The translations under genes and the position numbers were made by a program. This document shows, piece after piece, positions 10,125-19,386 of a stretch of 64,000 bases of DNA. The stretch's first letter is position 1; every line of letters begins with the position of its first letter. The stretch covers positions 140,905 to 204,904 of the IMG/VR virus record IMGVR_UViG_3300042391_001376; one strand, 5' to 3'. The notes beneath the pieces are model-generated. The model was not told the DNA's origin and did no database searches. It saw only the letters and a program-made list of their open reading frames with translations.

Positions 10125-10913
10125 ATGAAGTTACATTTAATGTACGTTAATGGCTCATCTAATATAGATGGTTTGAAAAAAATTTCAGAATTAGCAAATA
10201 AATGCAACTATTATTCTGTTCTTTTAGTTTATCATTCTTTAGAAAATGATTTTTGGATAAAATGCGCAAATGTTTTAGATACAACGCATACATTTAAATA
10301 TATGATAGCAATACGAACATATGCAATAAGCCCAGAATATTTCGTTATGATGTACAGAGGCTTTAGCGAAATTCAAGAAAATAGAATAATGTTCAATATA
10401 GTATCTGGTGACATTCATGATTCTGAAACATCTGTAGATGATATTATTTTTAATAAAGAAAATTTTTATACTAGTCAAAAAAGAGTAAAGTATACACATG
10501 AATGGATTAAGAAAGTATTATCTATAATAGATAAAAAAAAGGTACCAGAAATTGTTATGTCTGGCACGTCAGATAATACTCTTGATTCAGCTTCGGTTTT
10601 TGCCGATTACAACTTGTGTATGATGGATAGTTTTGTAGATAATCCAAAAAAATTTAAAAGAAATAACAATAGAATGGTTTGCGCTGCTCTAATAATTAGA
10701 AACACTTATGAAGAAGCAGAAAAAGTTGTAGATCAAATAAAACAAAAACATCAAAAAAGATGGACGATTTTTGGGACAGAAGAACAAGTTTTAGAAAAGA
10801 TAGAATATTTGAAGAGTATTGGTGTAACTGATTTGATGATAAGAAATCATAAAGAAGATAATAAATACAATTTAGTACATGAATTTGTAGCTAAAAATAA
10901 AGGAATAATTTAA
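10125..10913 (+). CDS. luciferase-like (LLM) flavin-dependent oxidoreductase
   Basis: YMIAIR, RIMFNIVSG, IFGTEEQVLEKIEYLKSIGVTDLM pattern. Confidence 0.75.
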   Translation: MKLHLMYVNGSSNIDGLKKISELANKCNYYSVLLVYHSLENDFWIKCANVLDTTHTFKYMIAIRTYAISPEYFVMMYRGFSEIQENRIMFNIVSGDIHDSETSVDDIIFNKENFYTSQKRVKYTHEWIKKVLSIIDKKKVPEIVMSGTSDNTLDSASVFADYNLCMMDSFVDNPKKFKRNNNRMVCAALIIRNTYEEAEKVVDQIKQKHQKRWTIFGTEEQVLEKIEYLKSIGVTDLMIRNHKEDNKYNLVHEFVAKNKGII

Positions 10914-10917
10914 TAAT

Positions 10918-11607
10918 ATGAAAAAAATATATTTGATTGGCGATTGCCATGTTTCTAGAGTCTCTGAACATTATAATAAGAATAAAGCAATGCATAACTT
11001 AGTCGATGTTGTCTTTTGGGGCAAAGCGGCAAAAAAGGTTTGGGATCTTGATTTTAAGAAAATGTATGAGGAAGAAGAATTGTCTTCAGGTAAAGAGGAA
11101 CAGCTTTTCTATGGTGATGGGGTTATACCGTTTTCGGACATAAAAGATGACGGCATACTTCTTTCATGGTTTGGCTATGTTGATATAAGGACTTTTCTTT
11201 CAGGCTACGACAACGCTGATGAAGTAGCTAAAAAATATATAAAAGAAATTGTAAATAATTTTAAAAATTCTACTATAGTAATTATAGAGCCACTTCCACA
11301 GTTTACTGAAATGATGCTTAAGTATGAGGGAATTAGTCCTCATTATACGTATCAGCAAAGATTAAATCAAAATAAAAAATTCTTAGATAGTTTACACAAG
11401 TATGCGCATGATGCTGGAATAACTAATTTTATTTTTCAATCTCAGATTCTTGATGCAGTTGGGGTAAAAGAACTAACTCCAGATATGACCCATAATAAAG
11501 CCCATCATCCAGTAGATGGTCTTAAGGATGAGTATAATAGTAAAATATTAGATTTGTTTATTAAGAAAAGTTTGGAGCTATTAAATGATTGGTCTTGGAT
11601 TAGATGA
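10918..11607 (+). CDS. hypothetical protein, SGNH-hydrolase-like fold
   Basis: N-terminal IGDCH, FGYVDIR; family is inference. Confidence 0.55.
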   Translation: MKKIYLIGDCHVSRVSEHYNKNKAMHNLVDVVFWGKAAKKVWDLDFKKMYEEEELSSGKEEQLFYGDGVIPFSDIKDDGILLSWFGYVDIRTFLSGYDNADEVAKKYIKEIVNNFKNSTIVIIEPLPQFTEMMLKYEGISPHYTYQQRLNQNKKFLDSLHKYAHDAGITNFIFQSQILDAVGVKELTPDMTHNKAHHPVDGLKDEYNSKILDLFIKKSLELLNDWSWIR

Positions 11608-12146
11608 TTAGGTTAACTGATGATATTTTATTATTTACAGATCTTTTTCAGGATTTAGATCAAATATTTTTAGATCTAGATAAGTCTGAGTGGCAATTGT
11701 GGGGCAGAAACAATAATGACCCTAATCATAGAATTGGCGAATTAAACTTTATAAAAAAAAATAGTTACATATTTGAACAGATAAATTCTGCCACCCGAAT
11801 ATGTTTAGACCAGTATATGGCTGAACTCAATATAAATAATGATTTATACTATTATGATGAGGATGGGATCTATATAAGGAAATGGGACTTTCCTATGAGA
11901 GGTATGAGCGCCCACAGGGATTATGCCTATGACGGTAGCGGTAATGCAAGGCCGGTTGAGTATACGCTATGTGGATACTTAAATGAAGATTACGAGGGGG
12001 GGCTGATAGAATTCCCGGAATATGGCCTTTCGTTAAAGCCGCCGGCTGGTTCGGCTATTGTCTTTGCTGCTCATGAGTTACATCTTGTAACAGATCTGAT
12101 AGATAGACATAGATATATGTGGTCTTCTTTTGTTTACAAGAAATAA
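11604..12146 (+). CDS. 2OG-Fe(II) oxygenase
   Basis: HRD, YLNEDYEGGLIEF, H..R motifs. Confidence 0.88.
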   Translation: MIRLTDDILLFTDLFQDLDQIFLDLDKSEWQLWGRNNNDPNHRIGELNFIKKNSYIFEQINSATRICLDQYMAELNINNDLYYYDEDGIYIRKWDFPMRGMSAHRDYAYDGSGNARPVEYTLCGYLNEDYEGGLIEFPEYGLSLKPPAGSAIVFAAHELHLVTDLIDRHRYMWSSFVYKK

Positions 12147-12233
12147 CAAATCTTTGGGCTTCCCCGCAAGTTCCGCGCAAAAATTATTTTTTTTATTTTT
12201 TAACAGATTACTATAAGAGTATCATCTAGTAGA

Positions 12234-12554
12234 ATGATGTGTATGGACTTTTTCAAAAAATTGTTTGAACTTATAATCTATAATAGGGAAAACGGGGAAG
12301 AGTTAGAAGAACAGGTCTTCTTGCTTGATGATGATGACTTAGAGACTGAGAGTGTGGTCACCTTCCATCCTGATGGCAATGGTAACTTAGTATTCAACGT
12401 TTTTAGTATTGAAGTGTGGGAAATGATCGATGATATTTCCGAGCTTACCGGTAGGGATAAATTTTCTATCATAGAGGGCTTGTGCGAAGAGGATGGTATT
12501 GAATCCTGGGTTATCGATCCTAGGGAGTTTCCTAACGATTTAAATGATCTATAA
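12234..12554 (+). CDS. acidic hypothetical protein
   Basis: 106-aa ORF. Confidence 0.6.
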   Translation: MMCMDFFKKLFELIIYNRENGEELEEQVFLLDDDDLETESVVTFHPDGNGNLVFNVFSIEVWEMIDDISELTGRDKFSIIEGLCEEDGIESWVIDPREFPNDLNDL

Positions 12555-12573
12555 TAATACTTATATAAGGATA

Positions 12574-12612
12574 TAAAAAAACCCCCCGGTATATCCAGGG
12601 GGTTTTTCTTTT
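12574..12612. terminator. bidirectional intrinsic terminator
   Basis: A-run, ACCCCC stem...GGGGGT, T-run between convergent genes. Confidence 0.8.
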
Positions 12613-12626
12613 ATATACGTTAAATA

Positions 12627-12821
12627 TTAGTCATTATAGCCGTAGTTGTCGAAATCATAATCTTCAACCTCAACGTAAGCTGACTTAGCTCCATAGTATG
12701 TCTTAGAGTTAAACTGATAGAAGACATCATCTTCCACGTCTAACCCTTCATAATCCTCGAACATATCCAGTTGAATATCATCCTGTGATTTTTGTGTCAA
12801 CGTACTCTTGTTGTTATTCAT
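12627..12821 (-). CDS. small acidic hypothetical protein
   Basis: MNNNKSTLTQK..., AGGA upstream; 3' part of ORF 12627..13013. Confidence 0.55.
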   Translation of the reverse strand: MNNNKSTLTQKSQDDIQLDMFEDYEGLDVEDDVFYQFNSKTYYGAKSAYVEVEDYDFDNYGYND

Positions 12822-13153
12822 TTTCTTATCCTTTTGTACTAGGCATTGATGGTTATATGATTCTTGTACATGATATCTATATGACAACAAAGATAATAGC
12901 AAAGCATGTTTACCTTTGACAACCTCTATCACAATATATTCCAAACTTTTTTTTGCCGGCCGATTTCCTATATAGGTATAAAAATAAGGGAAAAATTTTT
13001 GGTGTAAAAACATATATAAAAAAAACTAATAGGCTAAAAATATGGAAAAAATATGGGCCAGTAGTAGTGGGTATATACACACCCTTAAGATCTTTAACGT
13101 GCCCACCCGGGTATGGGGTCTTAAGGTTAAACAATTAACAAGAGGAGAGTAAT

Positions 13154-13330
13154 ATGATTACTGTTAATAACAGCAACACACCTAGCCGTGGGCCAAGGGT
13201 ATGCACATGGGGTACAGGTAAGGAATTGTCAGTAAAGCACACACCTTTCTTTCAGGTAAATGATGAAGGAAAGACTGTATGTTGGCACATGCATGCTGAT
13301 GGCACTGAGTGCAGGGTAACTAAGGACTAA
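13154..13330 (+). CDS. small hypothetical protein, first gene of early-type region
   Basis: GAGGAG RBS, 58 aa, manually translated. Confidence 0.6.
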   Translation: MITVNNSNTPSRGPRVCTWGTGKELSVKHTPFFQVNDEGKTVCWHMHADGTECRVTKD

Positions 13331-13334
13331 GTAC

Positions 13335-13408
13335 CCCAGTAATACTGTCCATTGGTGGACACTAAACAACATGAACCATACGATAGCCATGGTATGTAAA
13401 ACATTGGG
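13335..13408 (+). ncRNA. candidate structured RNA, copy A of a two-hairpin motif
   Basis: TGTCCA-TTGG-TGGACA CTAAAC ... CATAC...GTATG TAAAAC; covaries with copy B. Confidence 0.55.
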
Positions 13409-13438
13409 CTTTATTCACTTCAAACATAGGAGATAGTC

Positions 13439-13588
13439 ATGGACCATAACAGGACATCATATGCACGTACGTACCGTAAGTACCTACTGCATTGTGTAAA
13501 GCACAACATACCAGTAAATGCAAAGACATGTGCCTATGTAAGGGCATACCTAGTAGAAACATCAATCACCAATAAGGGAGGAAAGTAA
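13439..13588 (+). CDS. small hypothetical protein (49 aa)
   Basis: AGGAG RBS, manually translated. Confidence 0.55.
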   Translation: MDHNRTSYARTYRKYLLHCVKHNIPVNAKTCAYVRAYLVETSITNKGGK

Positions 13589-13590
13589 CC

Positions 13591-13944
13591 ATGTTACCAG
13601 TAACACTAACCACGTGTGAGCAGATGGCTCAGGCGTACAACACACATGCACAGTATGCCGAGGTTATTGGCAAGTACGTGTGCCATGATGGCCAGGCAGT
13701 GTGGATACAGCTTGTTGGGTGCGGTGCATCTGATAGCCATACATTCACACATACCCATAACATCCCAGAGTACATGAATAAGATGTACAATGGAAAGATT
13801 GTCCGCCTTCTAGGTGAGCGTTCATGGGATTCACGTGCACGCATGTGGGGCTACCGCTGGACCCTTCATTCAGTAAACCTATGGGAAGAGTCAGTAAAGG
13901 CTTCTCCTGCAGGTATTAAAGCCTTGTGCGGCACTAACTGCTAA
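13591..13944 (+). CDS. hypothetical protein
   Basis: 117 aa, GGAGG RBS. Confidence 0.7.
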   Translation: MLPVTLTTCEQMAQAYNTHAQYAEVIGKYVCHDGQAVWIQLVGCGASDSHTFTHTHNIPEYMNKMYNGKIVRLLGERSWDSRARMWGYRWTLHSVNLWEESVKASPAGIKALCGTNC

Positions 13945-14020
13945 TTAAGTACATTGTCTATTGGTAGACGTTAACTTCATGACCCAACCGTTAATCAAGA
14001 GGTTGTAAATCACATGGTTA
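13942..14020 (+). ncRNA. candidate structured RNA, copy B of a two-hairpin motif
   Basis: TGTCTA-TTGG-TAGACG TTAAC ... CAACC...GGTTG TAAATC. Confidence 0.55.
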
Positions 14021-14049
14021 TTTATCCAATATCAATTAAGGAGAAAGCA

Positions 14050-14325
14050 ATGAGTAAAGCAACAAAAATGTTCGTTGTTCTTATTGTCGCAATTGCGGCT
14101 TTAATAGCATCGGGCTTGCTAATCAATAAGCCAACATACTGTTACGTAAGTTCAGTTGTTGCATACGAAGGAGATACTCTTTGGAGTATAGCCAAGGCCA
14201 ATTGCTACGGCAATAGCACCACAAATATGGTTGGTGATATCGTGGACCTCAATCCAGAATTGAAGACTCGTTATTTACGAATCGGTGAATCAATTAAGCT
14301 ACCAACAGAAAACGCAGGAAAGTAA
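14050..14325 (+). CDS. LysM-domain membrane-anchored protein
   Basis: N-terminal hydrophobic helix, GDTLWSIA...LNP...LRIGESIKLP; start moved to the ATG after AAGGAG. Confidence 0.85.
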   Translation: MSKATKMFVVLIVAIAALIASGLLINKPTYCYVSSVVAYEGDTLWSIAKANCYGNSTTNMVGDIVDLNPELKTRYLRIGESIKLPTENAGK

Positions 14326-14361
14326 ACATGTCAACAAACAACAATCCAAAAGGAGAAACGA

Positions 14362-14565
14362 ATGTCTGAAGAAAATGTACCAAAACCAAGAGTGTTCACT
14401 GCCGAAGAAATTGTAGCAAAAATACTACAAGAAAAACTAAGCAAGAAAGCACTCATCAATGAATTGGTTTTTGCATTGAACGACGCAGAGGCCAACAAGC
14501 AAGAAAAAGATGCAGACATCTACTGGAATGCAATTATGGTCTTGACGAAAGGCCGAATGCTCTAA
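14362..14565 (+). CDS. hypothetical protein
   Basis: AAGGAG RBS. Confidence 0.65.
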   Translation: MSEENVPKPRVFTAEEIVAKILQEKLSKKALINELVFALNDAEANKQEKDADIYWNAIMVLTKGRML

Positions 14566-14625
14566 GATAGATTTTTGCAATCAACAGAAAAACAGTAAGC
14601 CAAAAAACAACAAAGGAGACAAGTA

Positions 14626-15153
14626 ATGTTAGAAAACAATAATAAATTCCAGTCAAGGCTGGATTTAATCTCAAAAGCTGAAATTGTGTTACATCACATG
14701 GGAGAATGGCATGAGGTTAAAATCCAATCAAATGACAATCGGCTAACAAGTGGAGCATTGACGTATACCCAATACGAAAATGTGTGTGATGAAACAAAAT
14801 CATCATATTCATTTGTTGGCATTTCAGATGATGGTGCAATTGTTAATGGCTTTATCCATGATGGATCCAATAAAATTGGTCGTGGTTATGGAGGCCAGTC
14901 ATTTGAATTGACAATGCAAGATGGATCACACAGGGTTCTTACCGGACCATGGAGTGGAAGGCCATCAGTCCACACTGCCAATAGCGGTATTCAATACACC
15001 GAGGTTAACGTTAATAATACTTTGTATGGATTCTCGAAAGAATTCATTGAAGCCATAATTGATCGGTTTAACCTCAACGCAAGCCTTGAATTGACATGCC
15101 GAGACATGGAAATTGAATTACGAGTAACAAACAACAACCAAGGAGAAAAGTAA
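14626..15153 (+). CDS. hypothetical protein
   Basis: AAGGAG RBS; GYGG..F...G....GPWS pattern. Confidence 0.7.
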   Translation: MLENNNKFQSRLDLISKAEIVLHHMGEWHEVKIQSNDNRLTSGALTYTQYENVCDETKSSYSFVGISDDGAIVNGFIHDGSNKIGRGYGGQSFELTMQDGSHRVLTGPWSGRPSVHTANSGIQYTEVNVNNTLYGFSKEFIEAIIDRFNLNASLELTCRDMEIELRVTNNNQGEK

Positions 15154-15380
15154 TGAGTGATATATTCAAATTAGGTGTGCTTGATTTAGACAGGCAAGCA
15201 TACTTTGATTTCTGCGAAAAGAACAATGGCGGATATCTTTTAAGTTCTCGCCAGCAGAAACAGTTAGAAAAGCATCTCATAATCTGGAAATTAAACACGC
15301 ACATTCAGAAATGTGGTTCGTGTGGTTGGTGTGAGAAAAATGCAAAACAATTCCTAGAAGAAAACATAAAGGGGGAGTAA
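15153..15380 (+). CDS. hypothetical protein with CxxCxxC
   Basis: stop-start overlap, RBS. Confidence 0.65.
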   Translation: MSDIFKLGVLDLDRQAYFDFCEKNNGGYLLSSRQQKQLEKHLIIWKLNTHIQKCGSCGWCEKNAKQFLEENIKGE

Positions 15381-15631
15381 TGGCAAGGTTACATTGGAAG
15401 AACTATTCCCGTTTTGCTCGGGATTCAGAGAAAGAGGTGTGGTGTGCCTTAGGCAAACACTATGTTCACATAGCTAATGCTTGGATTACGTTTTACCCAG
15501 TAAAGCGTGTGTGGTGCACCGAATGCAAAGCAGGCAGTGAAACTAGGGTCGAGAAGAAGAAACTAGTATCTCAAGCAAAGCAAACAATGAAAGACAACCA
15601 ACTATCACTATTCAACGAGGAAGGAAAGTAA
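15380..15631 (+). CDS. hypothetical protein
   Basis: stop-start overlap, RBS. Confidence 0.65.
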   Translation: MARLHWKNYSRFARDSEKEVWCALGKHYVHIANAWITFYPVKRVWCTECKAGSETRVEKKKLVSQAKQTMKDNQLSLFNEEGK

Positions 15632-15633
15632 TC

Positions 15634-16437
15634 ATGAAGCCATTCAATCCAGGGGACAAGGTACGTTCCAAGGCAAAGCCTCATATAACAGGCACTGTAA
15701 AGTGGGTTAGGTTTGAACCCAATGGAGTATCTGTTAATAGGCAAAATTCACGTGGAAAATGGAACTATGTCCAGAAGATACCAAAGGGAGGTTATACCGT
15801 ATCTATTAACTGGGATCCAGTCCCACAACTTGGTTACTACCCAGAGCGTCCTTTGCACGGTCTACAGGGGTCTACCGCAATTGAGTTAGTGCCGCAAGAA
15901 AATGTCAATCAAGAAACAACAAACAACGAAAGGAAAGAAGCCATGTCAAATCAACCAACAACAATTCGGGAGGTAAATCCGATGAAGCAGTGCAAACACC
16001 AAGTCTGGGATTGGAAATTAATTCCAGGACAAGTAAACACAGACTACAAGGCAGTTTATTGTGAACTGTGTGGAGAGCAACTGGCTCAACTTGCACCAAA
16101 GAACAAACCAATGACAGATAAGCAGATAAAGTTTATCCGGTCTTTGTTCTTGGAAGTTAAATCAAACATGACAATTGATGAGCAGGAGTCTTTGACAACA
16201 AAGATGAAAGCACATATCGATGGGACAAATGTACTCACCACCAAGTGGGCATCAGCAGCTATTGACAAGCTTAAGGCATACAAGCCTAAGCCTGTTAAGC
16301 CTGTTCAAGTCATGGAAGAGGATGAGCCATTTGGCAAAGTTGAATGTCATGTATGTGGCACGAAATACCAGCCAGAAGAAATGGGCGGATCAGGCACTGA
16401 AGTATTCACCAACGGATGCATCGCATGTCTGTATTAA
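15634..16437 (+). CDS. multi-module hypothetical protein (SH3-like N-terminus, Zn ribbons, TxKQ helical domain); internal in-frame start at 15982
   Basis: PGDKV, CELC, MTDKQIKFI...ASAAIDKL, CHVC; GGAGGT before 15982. Confidence 0.65.
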   Translation: MKPFNPGDKVRSKAKPHITGTVKWVRFEPNGVSVNRQNSRGKWNYVQKIPKGGYTVSINWDPVPQLGYYPERPLHGLQGSTAIELVPQENVNQETTNNERKEAMSNQPTTIREVNPMKQCKHQVWDWKLIPGQVNTDYKAVYCELCGEQLAQLAPKNKPMTDKQIKFIRSLFLEVKSNMTIDEQESLTTKMKAHIDGTNVLTTKWASAAIDKLKAYKPKPVKPVQVMEEDEPFGKVECHVCGTKYQPEEMGGSGTEVFTNGCIACLY

Positions 16438-16481
16438 ATCAATCAAACAATCAACCAACAACAAATGGGGAGGTAAAACCC

Positions 16482-19157
16482 ATGGAAACACCACAACAAA
16501 AGCTCAATCGTTTAACGACAGAGCCTCAACAGAAAGGAGCAGAAGTGATTGCATTCATGCATGACTTCTTCCATACCATCACCAACGACCCAACAGAGCG
16601 TGAGTCATTGGCCTATTCAACCGTAAAGAAGACGGGCAAACCATTCAAGATGGGGACAACAGTTCGCACTGGTGAGAATGGTGCATACAACCACCATATC
16701 TGGCTTATGCCAATCAACAACAACCCTACTTGGAAGTATGGACTCTTGGAGCACAAGCTTAACAGCCGCGGTAAGAAGTTCAAGCTTAAGATGATCACAA
16801 TCAATGAGCTGAAGCAGTGGATCAGCAAGGACAACGGAGACTTAGATGCACTCATCAAAGAATCCAACTTTGCTTGGGCTAATGCAACACATGCTTTCTT
16901 CTTGAAGATGCGTGAAGACAACAACTGGTCATTGGATGATCTTGGTGTCAGCGTAATCGACATGAAGAAGACATCAAAGCGACTTCAAGAAATCACACGG
17001 TTTACTCAGGTATATCGTTCAAGGTCAATGAAGTCAGTCACCACTAAGGCTTATACGAACGAATGGCTTGAGCAATACTACTCTAGCTATGGATTGAAGT
17101 ATGATCCAGCAGATGAGGTGATGTTCGATGGACCAGCCTTCATGCGCAAATCAGCATTCATCAAAGCTTGTTTCCCTATCAAAGATGCGGAAGTAAGAGG
17201 CAAGATGATTGGTGGTGTACACGGTGACAATCGCACTTGGTTGTTCCGTATGAAAATGGAAGGCTGCATGCTTAAGGGCTTGTTGCACATTGTTGAGGAT
17301 GATGAAATCCCAGCAGACATTGTGTACCATGAATCAATGGAAAAGAAGGAATTGTCCACAACAGATGGTAATTATACATTTGTAGCGTGGCCGATGCCAA
17401 CTCTGTACGAAGTAACGATTGACGATCAATCAATGATCAATAATCCATGGTTGTACACCACTGAACACCTCAAAACTACATGCGACAGTCTTTTGTCTGA
17501 CTTCAAGAAAGAAATCGAAGTGGGCAATATGCCAGAATGGATGACTGTTAGCATGGATGACCAAGAGGATCATGGAGTAGTCAACGAAGACAATGAACTC
17601 CAAGAGTGGCAAGCAAACTACATCAAGTGGCAAAAGGCTGGGTTCTCATTGTATGACAGCTCAAACTTTATTCACATGGCGTACGGTCAGCTTGCTAATC
17701 GCATGAGTGCATCAGTTAAGCGTGGTAACATCTGGTTGCCAATGTTTAACGCATTCATGGCTCCTGTCATTACTCATGAGGCATTGCAAATCATGGGTGG
17801 ACAAGAACTGCCAGAGTCAAAGTCAAATGTTGTATGGTATGACAAGCGCTTCGGTGCAATCATCCCAGGCAACCGCTTTGTTGAGACAGCAGATCTTCAC
17901 GACACATGGGACCAAGATGGTGACATGGCCAGGTTCATCCGCATTAAGTTGTGGAGCTCTTCGCCAGTTGTAACTCTCTATGGGTTGTCACACCAGGAAT
18001 TCAGGGATGGATTTGTTATCCCAGCTGACCTGGAAGTACCAACCACACCAGAAGAAGCAATCGACATGGTTGTCATCATTCGTTCACCAAACGGACCTGG
18101 TGGTTATTCAATCGAGCGTTACGATGCAGAGACAATGCCATTTATGCGTGTAAACGAGGACATGGTACAGGTAATTGACCTTAGCAAAGCAACATTGCCG
18201 ATGAGCACACTGCTTAAAGACACTATTGTTGACACTAAGCTCAATGAAATCCTGAACTCAACACAGTACACCAAGAGGGGATTCACACGGGATAACGCCA
18301 AGGACATGATTGATGCACAACTGCACAACCCTGGGTTTGGTTCATTCTCAAACTTCATGATGGTGCATGCAAGTGTGTTCGGTCCAAGCTACCCAACCTA
18401 CATGCCAGCTAGTGGTAATGACATTATCGATGCAAGCTCTCAGACAGCAAACATTGAGGCATTCCGCTTTATCAGTGGCAGCGTATCAACCATGTGGCAA
18501 TCATTGATCGATGATATGGTCAAACAAGATATCAAGATTGACAGCTACATGATGAGTCGTATCCCTGATCGGTTCAAGCATGAGTTGGAAGGTAATGTCT
18601 ATGATGGACCATTGGCAGAGCTCAGTGAGCACTACATCAAGGTACTCAAGGATGTACGCGAAGAGAAGAAGAACACCATCTATCTCCGCATGCGTTCTGA
18701 GTTAATTCCTCAACTGCAACAGTTAATCCCTACACTGTCAGATCAAACACAGGCTGTCTGTGAAGCATTCAACACCAAGTATATCCACATGTTGCGTGCA
18801 TTTGACGAGCGTAAGGCAGAAGCTAAGGCAGAAGAGACAAAGTGGTCAAGCCGCTACTTCAAGGCATGGAACGCTGTGTATTCTTCAACCGAGTTGGAAG
18901 CCATTGTCAAGATGATGGTCGATGAGATTGAAACGTCCAAGTCACCAACCAAGATGGCTGTTGCTATCTATCGCTGGATGACTGATCCAAAGATGAGCTA
19001 CGAGAGGGTGTATCACGAAGGTCGTGGCGAATACATCAAGGCCAATGCTCATCTGCGTTATGGTCTAGTTGACCGTGTAATGTTCCAAGCCGGCAAGCGT
19101 GGGCAGAAATCAATGATGGATCTGCTTATCCAGGGGCTCAAGGATCTGGGCCTCTAG
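16482..19157 (+). CDS. putative single-subunit two-barrel RNA polymerase, YonO/eukaryotic RdRP-like (paralog 1)
   Basis: KTSKRL, FDG, R...LKG, SMEK, DQDGD (17910-17924), IIRSP, FGSFSN; start set by GGAGGT RBS. Confidence 0.75.
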   Translation: METPQQKLNRLTTEPQQKGAEVIAFMHDFFHTITNDPTERESLAYSTVKKTGKPFKMGTTVRTGENGAYNHHIWLMPINNNPTWKYGLLEHKLNSRGKKFKLKMITINELKQWISKDNGDLDALIKESNFAWANATHAFFLKMREDNNWSLDDLGVSVIDMKKTSKRLQEITRFTQVYRSRSMKSVTTKAYTNEWLEQYYSSYGLKYDPADEVMFDGPAFMRKSAFIKACFPIKDAEVRGKMIGGVHGDNRTWLFRMKMEGCMLKGLLHIVEDDEIPADIVYHESMEKKELSTTDGNYTFVAWPMPTLYEVTIDDQSMINNPWLYTTEHLKTTCDSLLSDFKKEIEVGNMPEWMTVSMDDQEDHGVVNEDNELQEWQANYIKWQKAGFSLYDSSNFIHMAYGQLANRMSASVKRGNIWLPMFNAFMAPVITHEALQIMGGQELPESKSNVVWYDKRFGAIIPGNRFVETADLHDTWDQDGDMARFIRIKLWSSSPVVTLYGLSHQEFRDGFVIPADLEVPTTPEEAIDMVVIIRSPNGPGGYSIERYDAETMPFMRVNEDMVQVIDLSKATLPMSTLLKDTIVDTKLNEILNSTQYTKRGFTRDNAKDMIDAQLHNPGFGSFSNFMMVHASVFGPSYPTYMPASGNDIIDASSQTANIEAFRFISGSVSTMWQSLIDDMVKQDIKIDSYMMSRIPDRFKHELEGNVYDGPLAELSEHYIKVLKDVREEKKNTIYLRMRSELIPQLQQLIPTLSDQTQAVCEAFNTKYIHMLRAFDERKAEAKAEETKWSSRYFKAWNAVYSSTELEAIVKMMVDEIETSKSPTKMAVAIYRWMTDPKMSYERVYHEGRGEYIKANAHLRYGLVDRVMFQAGKRGQKSMMDLLIQGLKDLGL

Positions 19158-19293
19158 GATAAGTATTATCTTAATGTTATATTCTAAACAAGCACCGTGC
19201 TCTGCCTAGTCCCCAAGACTTGGTTCCACTTTGATTCTAAACACGGTTCAAGAGATTTTCCGCGGTCTGGCCCCCATCACGGGTCTGGCCGTT

Positions 19294-19304
19294 GAATAAG
19301 TCGG
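19294..19304 (+). promoter_or_regulatory. GAATAAGTCGG motif copy 1 (candidate phage RNAP promoter)
   Basis: repeated six times in 19.3-28.9 kb, all on the + strand. Confidence 0.55.
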
Positions 19305-19386
19305 GGTCTTTCGGGACTTCGCCTACTGGTAACATCGGGTTGCTGGTAGTTTATGTGACTACGGTCACAGAAAGGGGTTGGGTCTA

